Source: a phage. Taken from it: a DNA stretch of 44,007 bases. A program made the translations under genes and the position numbers. The notes below the pieces were generated by a model, which did not search any database, was not told where the DNA came from, and was given only the letters and a program-made list of their open reading frames with translations. The stretch's first letter is position 1. Each line of letters opens with the position of its first letter. Below are positions 7,746 to 15,852 of this stretch, piece after piece. The stretch lies in the sequence record PX907401.1; one strand, written 5' to 3'.

Positions 7746-9175
7746 TGGCGATTAAACCAAAACGTAAGACGCAATCCGGTAGCAATACCGAACACTCATT
7801 ACTCGGGCCGTCCGGTGCTAAAAAATGGATGGGTTGCCCTGCCGCTCTGGTGGTAGAAAAAGATATCCCAAACGAATCCGGGCAAGCCGCGATTAACGGT
7901 ACGAGTATGCACACCGTATCGGAGGTGGTGCTAAACCGCATTATCGCCGGTGAGAAGCTGATAACCGCGAAGACGCATAAAGGGTGCTACGTCGAGAACG
8001 AAGGCAAGGGGCCAGTAAAGGCACACCCTAAAGCACCGAAAGGCGGCGTACTGGTCAACGACGACATGGTGAAACAGTGCGACGCGTACATCGACCACTG
8101 GCGACCGCTCCTCGAAGTGGCGGAGTTTGTCCAGCTTGAGATGCGCGCCGATCTCACCCGCGTCCTACACTCTGGCTTCGAGATCGACGGCAACCGGGTT
8201 AAGACGTTCGGCACTGCGGATATGGTCATGGTCATGAAGAAGACCGACGGCACGTACATGCTGATTGTTGGCGACCTGAAGACGGGGCGGCATAAGGTCG
8301 AGGCGAAAGAAAACAAACAGCTTATGCTGTATGCGCTCGGCCTGCTGCGCAAGCTGAAAACTATGTACGACATTACGACCGTGCGCCTGGTTATCTTCCA
8401 GCCGTATTGCGGCGGGGCGTCGGAGTGGGATATTTCAGTGGAAGCCCTGGAGATATTCGCGAAGTTTGCGTCCAAGCGTGCAATCGCCGCCCTGGAAGCG
8501 TACGCACGCGGCAAAAAGGGACTCACCCGCGCCGACTTCAGACCGAGCGTTGATGCGTGCCAGTGGTGCAGATTTGCGGACCAGTGCAGCGTCCGGGCGA
8601 AGGCCGCAATCGACACGATGACACCGCCAACGGCAACCGACGAAGACCTGGGCGACGACGTGAGCGTGGCTACCGAGGAAGAATGCGCCAATCACGACCG
8701 CAATATGGCCCGCGAAGCCCGGAAGGCGGCCCGACGTGCGAAGCGTGGTAAGAAAGAAGCGGCCCCCGGCGCTATGAGCGCGGCGGAACTGCGCAAGGCT
8801 TATGAAGGCCTTGATGCGATGCGCCAGCACATCAAGGCTATCGAGTCCGCGGTATTCAAGGCCGTAATGGCTGGTGATGGCGAATCGCTGGGCCTCAAGA
8901 TGGTTGCCGGTAAGGAAGGAATCCGCAAGTGGGCGGACGAGAGCGAAGTGATTGAAATCTTCACGAAGGCCCGGATCAAGCGCGATGTGATGTACAAAGA
9001 AACATTACTCAGTCCTACGGATGCCGAGAAGGTACTGAAGGACGAGAAGCCGAAAGTGTGGGCCAAATTGTGTGATAAAATAACGCGCGCACCGGCCAAA
9101 CCGGTATTAGCACCCATTGACGACCCGCGCCCTGCGTGGTCTGAAGCTACTGACGAGGACTTAAGCAATGAATAA
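7745..9175 (+). CDS. PD-(D/E)XK-family exonuclease (Cas4/DUF2800-like) with C-terminal Cys cluster
   Basis: 476 aa; N-terminal HSLLGPSGAKKWMGCP; core VGDLKTGRHKVEAKENKQLMLYALGL (D..K and Q..Y motifs); CQWCRFADQC cysteine cluster. Confidence 0.8.
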   Translation: MAIKPKRKTQSGSNTEHSLLGPSGAKKWMGCPAALVVEKDIPNESGQAAINGTSMHTVSEVVLNRIIAGEKLITAKTHKGCYVENEGKGPVKAHPKAPKGGVLVNDDMVKQCDAYIDHWRPLLEVAEFVQLEMRADLTRVLHSGFEIDGNRVKTFGTADMVMVMKKTDGTYMLIVGDLKTGRHKVEAKENKQLMLYALGLLRKLKTMYDITTVRLVIFQPYCGGASEWDISVEALEIFAKFASKRAIAALEAYARGKKGLTRADFRPSVDACQWCRFADQCSVRAKAAIDTMTPPTATDEDLGDDVSVATEEECANHDRNMAREARKAARRAKRGKKEAAPGAMSAAELRKAYEGLDAMRQHIKAIESAVFKAVMAGDGESLGLKMVAGKEGIRKWADESEVIEIFTKARIKRDVMYKETLLSPTDAEKVLKDEKPKVWAKLCDKITRAPAKPVLAPIDDPRPAWSEATDEDLSNE

Positions 9176-9410
9176 AGTATTCGCAATCTTATTGATGTTT
9201 TTGCTCGGCGCGCTGGGCTTTATCCTGCATTGTGTGCAAGGCGTGTTAATGGTCGCCTGGATGATTCGACATCCTACCCGCTGGCTGGATGACGGCTATA
9301 ACGAAGCTGCCGTCGATTGGGTGGAAAAGAACATCAACCGCCCGCCGTTAAGCTGGATCGAGAACGCGACCAACTACGTTACCAGAAATCTTTTTAATGA
9401 AAATGCTTGA
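9168..9410 (+). CDS. Small membrane protein (80 aa)
   Basis: N-terminal hydrophobic segment FAILLMFLLGALGFILHCVQGVLMVAWMI. Confidence 0.5.
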   Translation: MNKVFAILLMFLLGALGFILHCVQGVLMVAWMIRHPTRWLDDGYNEAAVDWVEKNINRPPLSWIENATNYVTRNLFNENA

Positions 9411-9500
9411 CCGCTTAGGCGCAACCAAGTAGATTATCAACCAAGCCGGACGGGGTGGCTCACAATAACCCCGATACATGTGAAAATGAGGAATTGGAAA

Positions 9501-10223
9501 ATGACTAAAGTCAACCTGAAAAATGTGCGCGTATGTTTCCTGAAAATTTGGGAACGTGATACCCCTAAACAGGATGGACAAAAACCGGCATACCGCGCCG
9601 TGATTCTTCTTGATAAAGAAGATCCGCAGGTGGACAAAGTGGAAGCGGCAGCACGCGCAGTGCTCACCGACAAGCTGAAATCCGAGAAGAATGCCGATAA
9701 GTGGATGGACCGCCACTACGCCCAGGATTCTAAGGAATGTGCAGTTCGCGACGGCGACGAGCGCGACGAAGTGACCGAAGAATTCGAAGGCATGTTGTAC
9801 ATCAACGCCAAGTCGTTCAAACAGCCTATCATTCAAACGTCACTCGGCGAGAAGCAGACTGAACAGGGTCTGACCATCGACGGCGACGAGATTGAAGGCC
9901 AGGAGATCTACTCCGGTTGTTATTGCAACGTGTCCCTTGATATTTGGGCGTGGAACAATACCAACGGCAAGGGTCTCGGGGCGGGCTTGCTGGGCCTGCG
10001 ATTCCGTGAAGACGGCGAAGCCTTCGGCGGTGGCGGGTCTTCTTGCTCCGATGAAGACCTGGACAACGACGACGAAGACGAAGCACCGCGCAAGGCTAAG
10101 AAGTCAAAACGTCGTGATGACGATGAGGAAGATGAGAAACCTCGCAAACGTCGTAAGCCACGCGATGACGAAGATGAGGACGACGACGAAGACGAAGCAC
10201 CACGTAAACGTCGCCGCCGTTAA
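9501..10223 (+). CDS. Putative ssDNA-binding protein (DUF2815-like) with repetitive mixed-charge C-terminal tail
   Basis: GAGGA 8 nt upstream of the ATG at 9501 (ORF frame opens at GTG 9480); N-terminus MTKVNLKNVRVCF...; tail DEDEAPRKAKKSKRRDDDEEDEKPRKRRKPRDDEDEDDDEDEAPRKRRRR; sits between exonuclease and polymerase. Confidence 0.6.
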   Translation: MTKVNLKNVRVCFLKIWERDTPKQDGQKPAYRAVILLDKEDPQVDKVEAAARAVLTDKLKSEKNADKWMDRHYAQDSKECAVRDGDERDEVTEEFEGMLYINAKSFKQPIIQTSLGEKQTEQGLTIDGDEIEGQEIYSGCYCNVSLDIWAWNNTNGKGLGAGLLGLRFREDGEAFGGGGSSCSDEDLDNDDEDEAPRKAKKSKRRDDDEEDEKPRKRRKPRDDEDEDDDEDEAPRKRRRR

Positions 10224-10242
10224 GGGCAAAGCCCACTATTCA

Positions 10243-10265
10243 AGCCCGCTTAATGCGGGCTTTTT
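10243..10265 (+). terminator. Rho-independent terminator
   Basis: AGCCCGC-TTAAT-GCGGGCT followed by TTTT. Confidence 0.7.
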
Positions 10266-10281
10266 AATAGGACAATGAAAA

Positions 10282-10452
10282 ATGCGTATTAAAGCCAGCG
10301 AAGTAAAAGTCGGAATGCAAGTATGGTCCAAGCTACTGGGGGAATATTTCACAGTTGCCGAGATTCGCAACAACGGCGAAGAAATCGCCCTGTCCGACGG
10401 CATCTTCTCCATGATCGGCAGCAATGACGCCGTAGTGAGGATAAAGCAATGA
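10282..10452 (+). CDS. Small hypothetical protein (56 aa), translationally coupled to the polymerase (ATGA overlap)
   Basis: MRIKASEVKVGMQVWSKLLGEYFTVAEIRNNGEEIALSDGIFSMIGSNDAVVRIKQ; its stop overlaps the polymerase ATG at 10449. Confidence 0.5.
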   Translation: MRIKASEVKVGMQVWSKLLGEYFTVAEIRNNGEEIALSDGIFSMIGSNDAVVRIKQ

Positions 10453-13400
10453 AAGACTTCGAACGCCTGTTTCTCGACACCGAGACATTTAGCGGGGTGG
10501 ACCTGAAGAAAGTTGGGGCGTACGCCTACGCAGAGCACCCAACCACCGAGATTATGATTTGCACATACGCCATCGACGAGGGCCGCGTGCAGACATGGGA
10601 TTGCACTGAATCCCCCACAATGCCGCGTGAACTGCGCAAAGCGATCCGCCATGTATCCCGCAAGAAAGCAAAAATCGTGATGGCTAACGGCCTCCTGTTT
10701 GACCGCCTGGTTATTCGCGAGAAGTGGGGTATTGACCTGCCGGTAAGCCAGATCGAAGACACCATGATTATGGCCTTTCGCCACGCGCTGCCGGGTAGCC
10801 TCGATATGCAGTGCCAGGTGCTGGGCGTTGACGCAGAGCACGCGAAGGATAAGGCAGGCAAGGCGCTGATTAAACGATTCTGTAAGCCTACCCCTAAGAC
10901 CTACAAAATACGCCGCTACACTCGCGAGACTCACCCGGAAGAATGGGCCAAATTTCTGCGCTATGCCGCGCTGGATATTATCGCAATGCGTGAAGTCTAC
11001 TGGCGCATACCGGACTGGGGTAATACTCCGAAGGAAGATGAAATCCTACTTATCGACCAGTTGATCAACGACCGCGGCTTCTATGTGGACGTTGACCTGG
11101 CGAACGCCGCGATCAAAGCGGTGCAGGCGCATAAGGAAGAATTGAAGGAAGAAGCCTGGGAGCGATTTGGCGGTAAGCTGACCGGCAATGACTTCCTGCC
11201 AATCCTGCGTGATATCGCCCCGGCGTTCACGATCCACAACGCGCAGAAATCCACACTTAACGACCTACTGGAAGACCCGGACTTCCCGGACGAGGGCAAA
11301 GCGCTTATCGAAATGCGCCTCGGTGCGTCATCAACGGCATCTACTAAATACAATCCGCTTGTCAATGGCCTGTCCGCCGATGGTCGCCGCCGTGGTTGTC
11401 TTCAGTATGGTGGGGCAAAGCGCACGCTACGCTGGGCCGGTAAAGGCTTTCAACCTCAAAACCTGGCGCGTGGCGAGTACAGCGACGACCACGAAGGGAA
11501 GATTAAACGCCGCGAGGGTGAAAGCGACGTCTCGTTTTGGGTCCGGTCGCACATGCTCACCAACGGCATCAACTCCCTGTTACGCGGGACCGCACACTGG
11601 GCGTATGACATATCGAAGCTAACGGCCTCGACCGTTCGCGGGTGCATTATTCCGGCGAAGGGCAAGAAGTTTGTCGTAGCGGACTACTCCAACGTGGAAG
11701 GGCGTGGACTTGCCTGGATCGCTGGCGAGAAAACAGCGTTAATGGTCTTTAAGGCCGGTCGCGATATCTATTGCGAGACTGCCGGTAAGATGTTCGGCCT
11801 GGACCCGGACTACATTAAAGCCAACCGCAAGGACTTACGCCAGATCGGTAAGGCTTGCTTGCACCGCCATACCCAAGTATTGACCAATGGCGGGTTCAAG
11901 GATATTATGGCCGTAACATCAACGGATAAAGTATGGAACGGCGAAAAATGGGTGAGTACAAAAGGCGCGCACCTTATGGGGTGGAAACCAGTGATAGACG
12001 TGGACGGGGTCTTGATGACAGAAGACCACAAAATCTTGACGCATTCATGGAAGGAGGCAAGGCAACTCGTTTCAGACAGGTGCACGATGGCCCGCGCCCT
12101 GGCGAGAGGTATGGACGCCTGGTTATCCTGCGCGAATTACCAAAACGACAGGGGCACAGACAACTGCTGGCTCAATGTGATTGCGGAGCGATGCCAGGAC
12201 GCGTCGGGTATGACAACGTCCGAAGGGGTAAAACATCCCAATGCAACCTCTGCGCAATTGAAGCGACAAAGCGGTATCGTAAACAGTATTTTTGCTACGA
12301 TGACGCAATGCCAGACGATGCGCACAGAACGCGGCTGCTCAACCGGCTGTCCGCGGCAATATCACGAACGACAAACCCCCGCGCCAAAGGGTATAAAAAC
12401 TATGGCGGTCGTGGGATTGCCGTATGTGACGAATGGAAAAGAGATAAAAGGTCGTTTCTTCGCTACGTTCAAACGCTGGACGGCTGGGATAATCCAGACT
12501 TCGAAATGGACCGGGTCGATACAGACGGCAACTATGAGCCTGGAAACCTTCGGTTTGTCAGCCGTTCGGAAAACTGCCGTAACCGGCGCAGCGTGCCCGA
12601 GCTTCAGCGAAAGTGCGATGAAGCCCTTACCCGCATTGCTGAACTGGAACGGGAAGTTAACCTATTGCGAGCCGGTTTACGACCTGATTGATGTGGAAGA
12701 CGGAAACCGGTTCCTTATTGCGTCTAAGTCTGGTTTTCTGGTGGCGCATAACTGCGAGCTAGGCTTGGGCTATGGTGGCGGCGTGGCAGCGTTCTTGCAG
12801 TTCGCTAAAAACCTGGGCCTCGACCTGTACACTATGGCGGACGTGATGAAAGGCACGTTCCCGGATCACATTTGGGCGGCGGCGAAACGCGGCTATGAGT
12901 ACGCCCGCATTAACGAAGCGAAACGCCCACCGAAGCCTGGCAAGAAGGACGAGCGACCGACTTACATACTGCCGAAAAACGTATGGCTGACGTGCGACGC
13001 GATCAAACGTATGTGGCGAGAGGCCCACCCGAAGACGGTTGCCTTTTGGGCCGAGCTTGAGGACGCGGTGTTGTGTGCAATCCGCAATCCGGGCAAAGCA
13101 TACTGGGCTGGCGCGAACGTTCGCCCGGATGGCAAGAAAGCGCTCAAGATTGTTCGCACGAAGGCGAAGCACGACCCAACCTTCGACGAGGAGCGCGACG
13201 ACCCGGACGCTGCGGGGTGGTGGTTGAAAATTGAGTTGCCGTCGGGGCGCATCATGAGCTACCCCGGCATCGCGCTGTCTGTCACGACAGAGATTGACGA
13301 GGACACCGGCAAGAAGCGCACCAGCACACGCATTAAATATCAGGGCGAGAATCAGACGACGCGCCAGTGGGGGTTCCAGTACACCTACGGCGGCAAACTG

Positions 13401-13637
13401 ACGGAGAACATCGTACAGGCGTTGTGCCGTGATATTCTCGCATGGTCCATGCCGGGCGTCGAAGCCGCGGGGTATGAAATAGTCCTGTCAGTACACGATG
13501 AACTGATCACCGAAGTGCCCGACACAGACGACTACACGACAGAGGAGCTTTGCGCGCTGATGTGCGACCTGCCTGTTTGGGCGAAAGGCTTCCCACTTGC
13601 CGCCGAAGGTGATTGTATGTATCGCTACCGCAAGTAG
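10449..13637 (+). CDS. Family-A (Pol I-like) DNA polymerase with 3'-5' exonuclease domain, interrupted in motif B by an intein
   Basis: 1062-codon uninterrupted ORF; Exo I LFLDTETFS; motif A VVADYSNVEGRG; motif B RQIGKA / CELGLGYGG split by a 299-codon insert; motif C VHDE. Confidence 0.9.
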   Translation: MKDFERLFLDTETFSGVDLKKVGAYAYAEHPTTEIMICTYAIDEGRVQTWDCTESPTMPRELRKAIRHVSRKKAKIVMANGLLFDRLVIREKWGIDLPVSQIEDTMIMAFRHALPGSLDMQCQVLGVDAEHAKDKAGKALIKRFCKPTPKTYKIRRYTRETHPEEWAKFLRYAALDIIAMREVYWRIPDWGNTPKEDEILLIDQLINDRGFYVDVDLANAAIKAVQAHKEELKEEAWERFGGKLTGNDFLPILRDIAPAFTIHNAQKSTLNDLLEDPDFPDEGKALIEMRLGASSTASTKYNPLVNGLSADGRRRGCLQYGGAKRTLRWAGKGFQPQNLARGEYSDDHEGKIKRREGESDVSFWVRSHMLTNGINSLLRGTAHWAYDISKLTASTVRGCIIPAKGKKFVVADYSNVEGRGLAWIAGEKTALMVFKAGRDIYCETAGKMFGLDPDYIKANRKDLRQIGKACLHRHTQVLTNGGFKDIMAVTSTDKVWNGEKWVSTKGAHLMGWKPVIDVDGVLMTEDHKILTHSWKEARQLVSDRCTMARALARGMDAWLSCANYQNDRGTDNCWLNVIAERCQDASGMTTSEGVKHPNATSAQLKRQSGIVNSIFATMTQCQTMRTERGCSTGCPRQYHERQTPAPKGIKTMAVVGLPYVTNGKEIKGRFFATFKRWTAGIIQTSKWTGSIQTATMSLETFGLSAVRKTAVTGAACPSFSESAMKPLPALLNWNGKLTYCEPVYDLIDVEDGNRFLIASKSGFLVAHNCELGLGYGGGVAAFLQFAKNLGLDLYTMADVMKGTFPDHIWAAAKRGYEYARINEAKRPPKPGKKDERPTYILPKNVWLTCDAIKRMWREAHPKTVAFWAELEDAVLCAIRNPGKAYWAGANVRPDGKKALKIVRTKAKHDPTFDEERDDPDAAGWWLKIELPSGRIMSYPGIALSVTTEIDEDTGKKRTSTRIKYQGENQTTRQWGFQYTYGGKLTENIVQALCRDILAWSMPGVEAAGYEIVLSVHDELITEVPDTDDYTTEELCALMCDLPVWAKGFPLAAEGDCMYRYRK
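11856..12752 (+). other. Intein (protein-splicing element) within DNA polymerase motif B
   Basis: Starts with Cys (CLHRHTQVLTNGGFKDI), TxxH-like block (EDHKILTHSW), ends VYDLIDVEDGNRFLIASKSGFLVAHN followed by +1 Cys; flanks reconstitute the RxxxKxxxFGxxYG motif. Confidence 0.75.
11933..12691 (+). CDS. HNH-type (HNH_3/AP2-like) homing-endonuclease-like ORF in the -1 frame, entirely inside the intein
   Basis: 252-codon ORF; GERYGRLVIL...CDCG...QCNLC (Zn-ribbon-like) and GYKNYGGRGIAVCDEW...DRVDTDGNYEPGNLRFVSRSENCRNRR; the overlapping polymerase frame is also open throughout. Confidence 0.55.
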   Translation: MERRKMGEYKRRAPYGVETSDRRGRGLDDRRPQNLDAFMEGGKATRFRQVHDGPRPGERYGRLVILRELPKRQGHRQLLAQCDCGAMPGRVGYDNVRRGKTSQCNLCAIEATKRYRKQYFCYDDAMPDDAHRTRLLNRLSAAISRTTNPRAKGYKNYGGRGIAVCDEWKRDKRSFLRYVQTLDGWDNPDFEMDRVDTDGNYEPGNLRFVSRSENCRNRRSVPELQRKCDEALTRIAELEREVNLLRAGLRPD

Positions 13638-13668
13638 CGGAAATGTTGCGTTTAACGGAAATAAGATT

Positions 13669-13947
13669 ATGACACCCGAAGGCAAGATACAAAGTCACCT
13701 GATGAAGCTGGTTAAAGCCGTTGGGGGATTCTGCCGAAAACTGGCATGGGAGGGGCGCGCAGGTGCGCCCGACCTGATTATTATCATCAACGGCAAAATA
13801 GTGTTCGTCGAAGTGAAGCGCCAAGGCGGAAAACCGAAGCCGCACCAGGTACGAGAACATGAGCGAATGGCCCGCCGTGGTGCTGACGTTCGCGTCATCG
13901 ACAACATAGCCGACTGTGATTTATTGGTTGCTGAATTGGTCGCTTAA
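13669..13947 (+). CDS. VRR-NUC domain nuclease (PD-(D/E)XK fold)
   Basis: 92 aa from the ATG at 13669 (GGAA about 9 nt upstream); GAPDLIIIINGKIVFVEVKRQGGKPKPHQ motif. Confidence 0.7.
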   Translation: MTPEGKIQSHLMKLVKAVGGFCRKLAWEGRAGAPDLIIIINGKIVFVEVKRQGGKPKPHQVREHERMARRGADVRVIDNIADCDLLVAELVA

Positions 13948-13987
13948 CAGTATAGTGAGCAGGTTAGCTCTACCGAGGATTTTAGAA

Positions 13988-14161
13988 ATGATTGAGGAAA
14001 AACGTTGCAGTAATTGCGGTTGCGTCAAGCCGCTATCCCAGTTCCACAAATACACCGGTAAGACCGCGCGAAGCCCGGACGGGTATCGGGCCGAGTGCAA
14101 ATCGTGCCGCAATAAAAAAGAGCGCGAACGGCAGCGCCGCTACCGCGCAGAGCAAAAATAA
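13988..14161 (+). CDS. Small Zn-ribbon protein (CxxC...CxxC)
   Basis: 57 aa from the ATG at 13988 (GAGGA 8 nt upstream); CSNCGC...ECKSCRNKKERERQRR. Confidence 0.55.
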   Translation: MIEEKRCSNCGCVKPLSQFHKYTGKTARSPDGYRAECKSCRNKKERERQRRYRAEQK

Positions 14162-14168
14162 TTAATAC

Positions 14169-14191
14169 GGCGGGCTTGTCCCGCCATTTTT
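14169..14191 (+). terminator. Rho-independent terminator
   Basis: GGCGGG-CTTGT-CCCGCC followed by ATTTTTG; the stem contains the TGTCCCGC heptamer also found in the dispersed repeats. Confidence 0.55.
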
Positions 14192-14198
14192 GGGAGAC

Positions 14199-14423
14199 AT
14201 GACGATGAAAGAACATTACCGACTCACCAAGCTGGGCGAATGTAAACCGGGCGATCGCGTATGGTTTATCGCGGGCATGAATGATCCGCTGCCGTTGACG
14301 GTGTGCTGGCAAAAATTTAAGAGCTTCCGGGCTACCGGTGTGCACATCGGACACGCCACCAACTACGACGCTACAAAAAGGAACTGGAACAGTGAAACCG
14401 AAGTCTGGAAAAAGGCGGAATAA
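14199..14423 (+). CDS. Hypothetical protein (about 74 aa)
   Basis: ORF with GGGAGA upstream; start could be ATG 14199 or 14205. Confidence 0.5.
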   Translation: MTMKEHYRLTKLGECKPGDRVWFIAGMNDPLPLTVCWQKFKSFRATGVHIGHATNYDATKRNWNSETEVWKKAE

Positions 14424-14427
14424 AGAA

Positions 14428-15852
14428 ATGGCACGATTCCGACGCCGCGAATATCAGAAGTTGATAACCGCGTTCATCCTCAAGCATAAGCGATGCAATA
14501 TATGGGCGACAATGGGGTCGGGTAAAACCGGCGCGACCATGTGGGCGCTGAATAAAATGTTCCAGACCGGCATCCTGTCCAACCAGGAGGACCGCGTACT
14601 GGTGCTAGCCCCGCTGCGCGTTGCGTCCGGTACATGGCCCCCGGAACAGGAGAAATGGCGCTTCCCAGCCTTGCTGGTGGTAGACGGCACTGGGTCAGAG
14701 AAGGACCGCATCGCGGCGCTTGAGAGCGACGCTAACGTGGTTTGTGTTAACTACGATGTGGTTGAGTGGCTGGTCGACTATTACGGCGATGCGTGGCCCT
14801 TTACGGTCGTTGTTGCCGATGAATCCACTAAGCTGAAAGGCTATCGTAGCAAGCAGGGGAGCAAGCGCGCCCGCGCACTGGCAGCGATTGCACATAAACA
14901 CGTCAAGCGCTGGATTAACCTGACCGGCACACCAGCGCCAAACGGGCTGAAAGACTTATGGGGCCAGACGTGGTTTGTCGACGGTGGCGAACGACTCGGC
15001 AGTAGCTATAAGGCATTTACCGACCGCTGGTTCATTAGCAAGCCTGTTAAGCCTGGCAGCTTCACTATGCAGCACGCTCCGCTAAAGAACTCCGAGAAAG
15101 AAATACAACAACGCCTGTCTGACGTATCACTAACCGTTGACGCGGCTGAATACTTCGGGTGCGACAAGCCAATCTATACGCCGGTTGTTGTGGATCTACC
15201 GAAGAAAGCCCGCAAGATTTACGACCAGTTTGAAAGCGAGCTATTTGCCGAACTGGAAAGCGGAACAGTGGAAGCGGCTAACGCTGCGTCGAAGACCATC
15301 AAGTGCCTTCAGCTTGCTTCCGGCGCTGTGTATAAGGTGGACGAAGACGGCGAACGGACCGACGAGTGGGTGAAGATTCACGACGCCAAACTGGACGCGC
15401 TGGAAAGTATCGTGGAGGAGTTGAACGGCGCGCCGTTGCTCGTTGCGTATCAGTATAAGCATGACCTGGCACGTCTTAAGAAGAAATTTCCGCACGGCGT
15501 CGCGTTGGGTAAGGGTAAGCAGGGCAATAAGGATATGGAAGCGTGGAACAGGGGCGAGATCCCCATCATGTTTGCACACCCGGCATCGGCAGGCCACGGC
15601 CTTAACTTGCAGGACGGCGGACATCACCTGGCAATCTTCTCCGATACCTGGAACTTTGAGCATTTTTCGCAGATCGTTGAACGTATCGGGCCGGTTCGCC
15701 AGATGCAGGCCGGACACCCTCGACCGGTATTCGTCTACATTATCCAGGCGCGCGGGACACTGGACGAATTGGTCGCCGAGCGTCGCGACAGTAAGCGAGA
15801 TATACAGGACGACTTGATGGAATACATGAAAGCTAAAAAGGCGCGCAAATGA
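14428..15852 (+). CDS. SNF2-like superfamily-2 helicase/ATPase
   Basis: ATG 14428 (MARFRRREYQKL); Walker A MGSGKTGA; DExx VVADESTKLK; NLTGTPAPNGLKDLW (SNF2-type motif III). Confidence 0.8.
   Translation: MARFRRREYQKLITAFILKHKRCNIWATMGSGKTGATMWALNKMFQTGILSNQEDRVLVLAPLRVASGTWPPEQEKWRFPALLVVDGTGSEKDRIAALESDANVVCVNYDVVEWLVDYYGDAWPFTVVVADESTKLKGYRSKQGSKRARALAAIAHKHVKRWINLTGTPAPNGLKDLWGQTWFVDGGERLGSSYKAFTDRWFISKPVKPGSFTMQHAPLKNSEKEIQQRLSDVSLTVDAAEYFGCDKPIYTPVVVDLPKKARKIYDQFESELFAELESGTVEAANAASKTIKCLQLASGAVYKVDEDGERTDEWVKIHDAKLDALESIVEELNGAPLLVAYQYKHDLARLKKKFPHGVALGKGKQGNKDMEAWNRGEIPIMFAHPASAGHGLNLQDGGHHLAIFSDTWNFEHFSQIVERIGPVRQMQAGHPRPVFVYIIQARGTLDELVAERRDSKRDIQDDLMEYMKAKKARK

Noticed and set aside
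11856-12752. Group I intron as the explanation for the polymerase insert
   Set aside because: The polymerase frame is uninterrupted through the insert, and the insert has intein-type Cys...HN-Cys boundaries.
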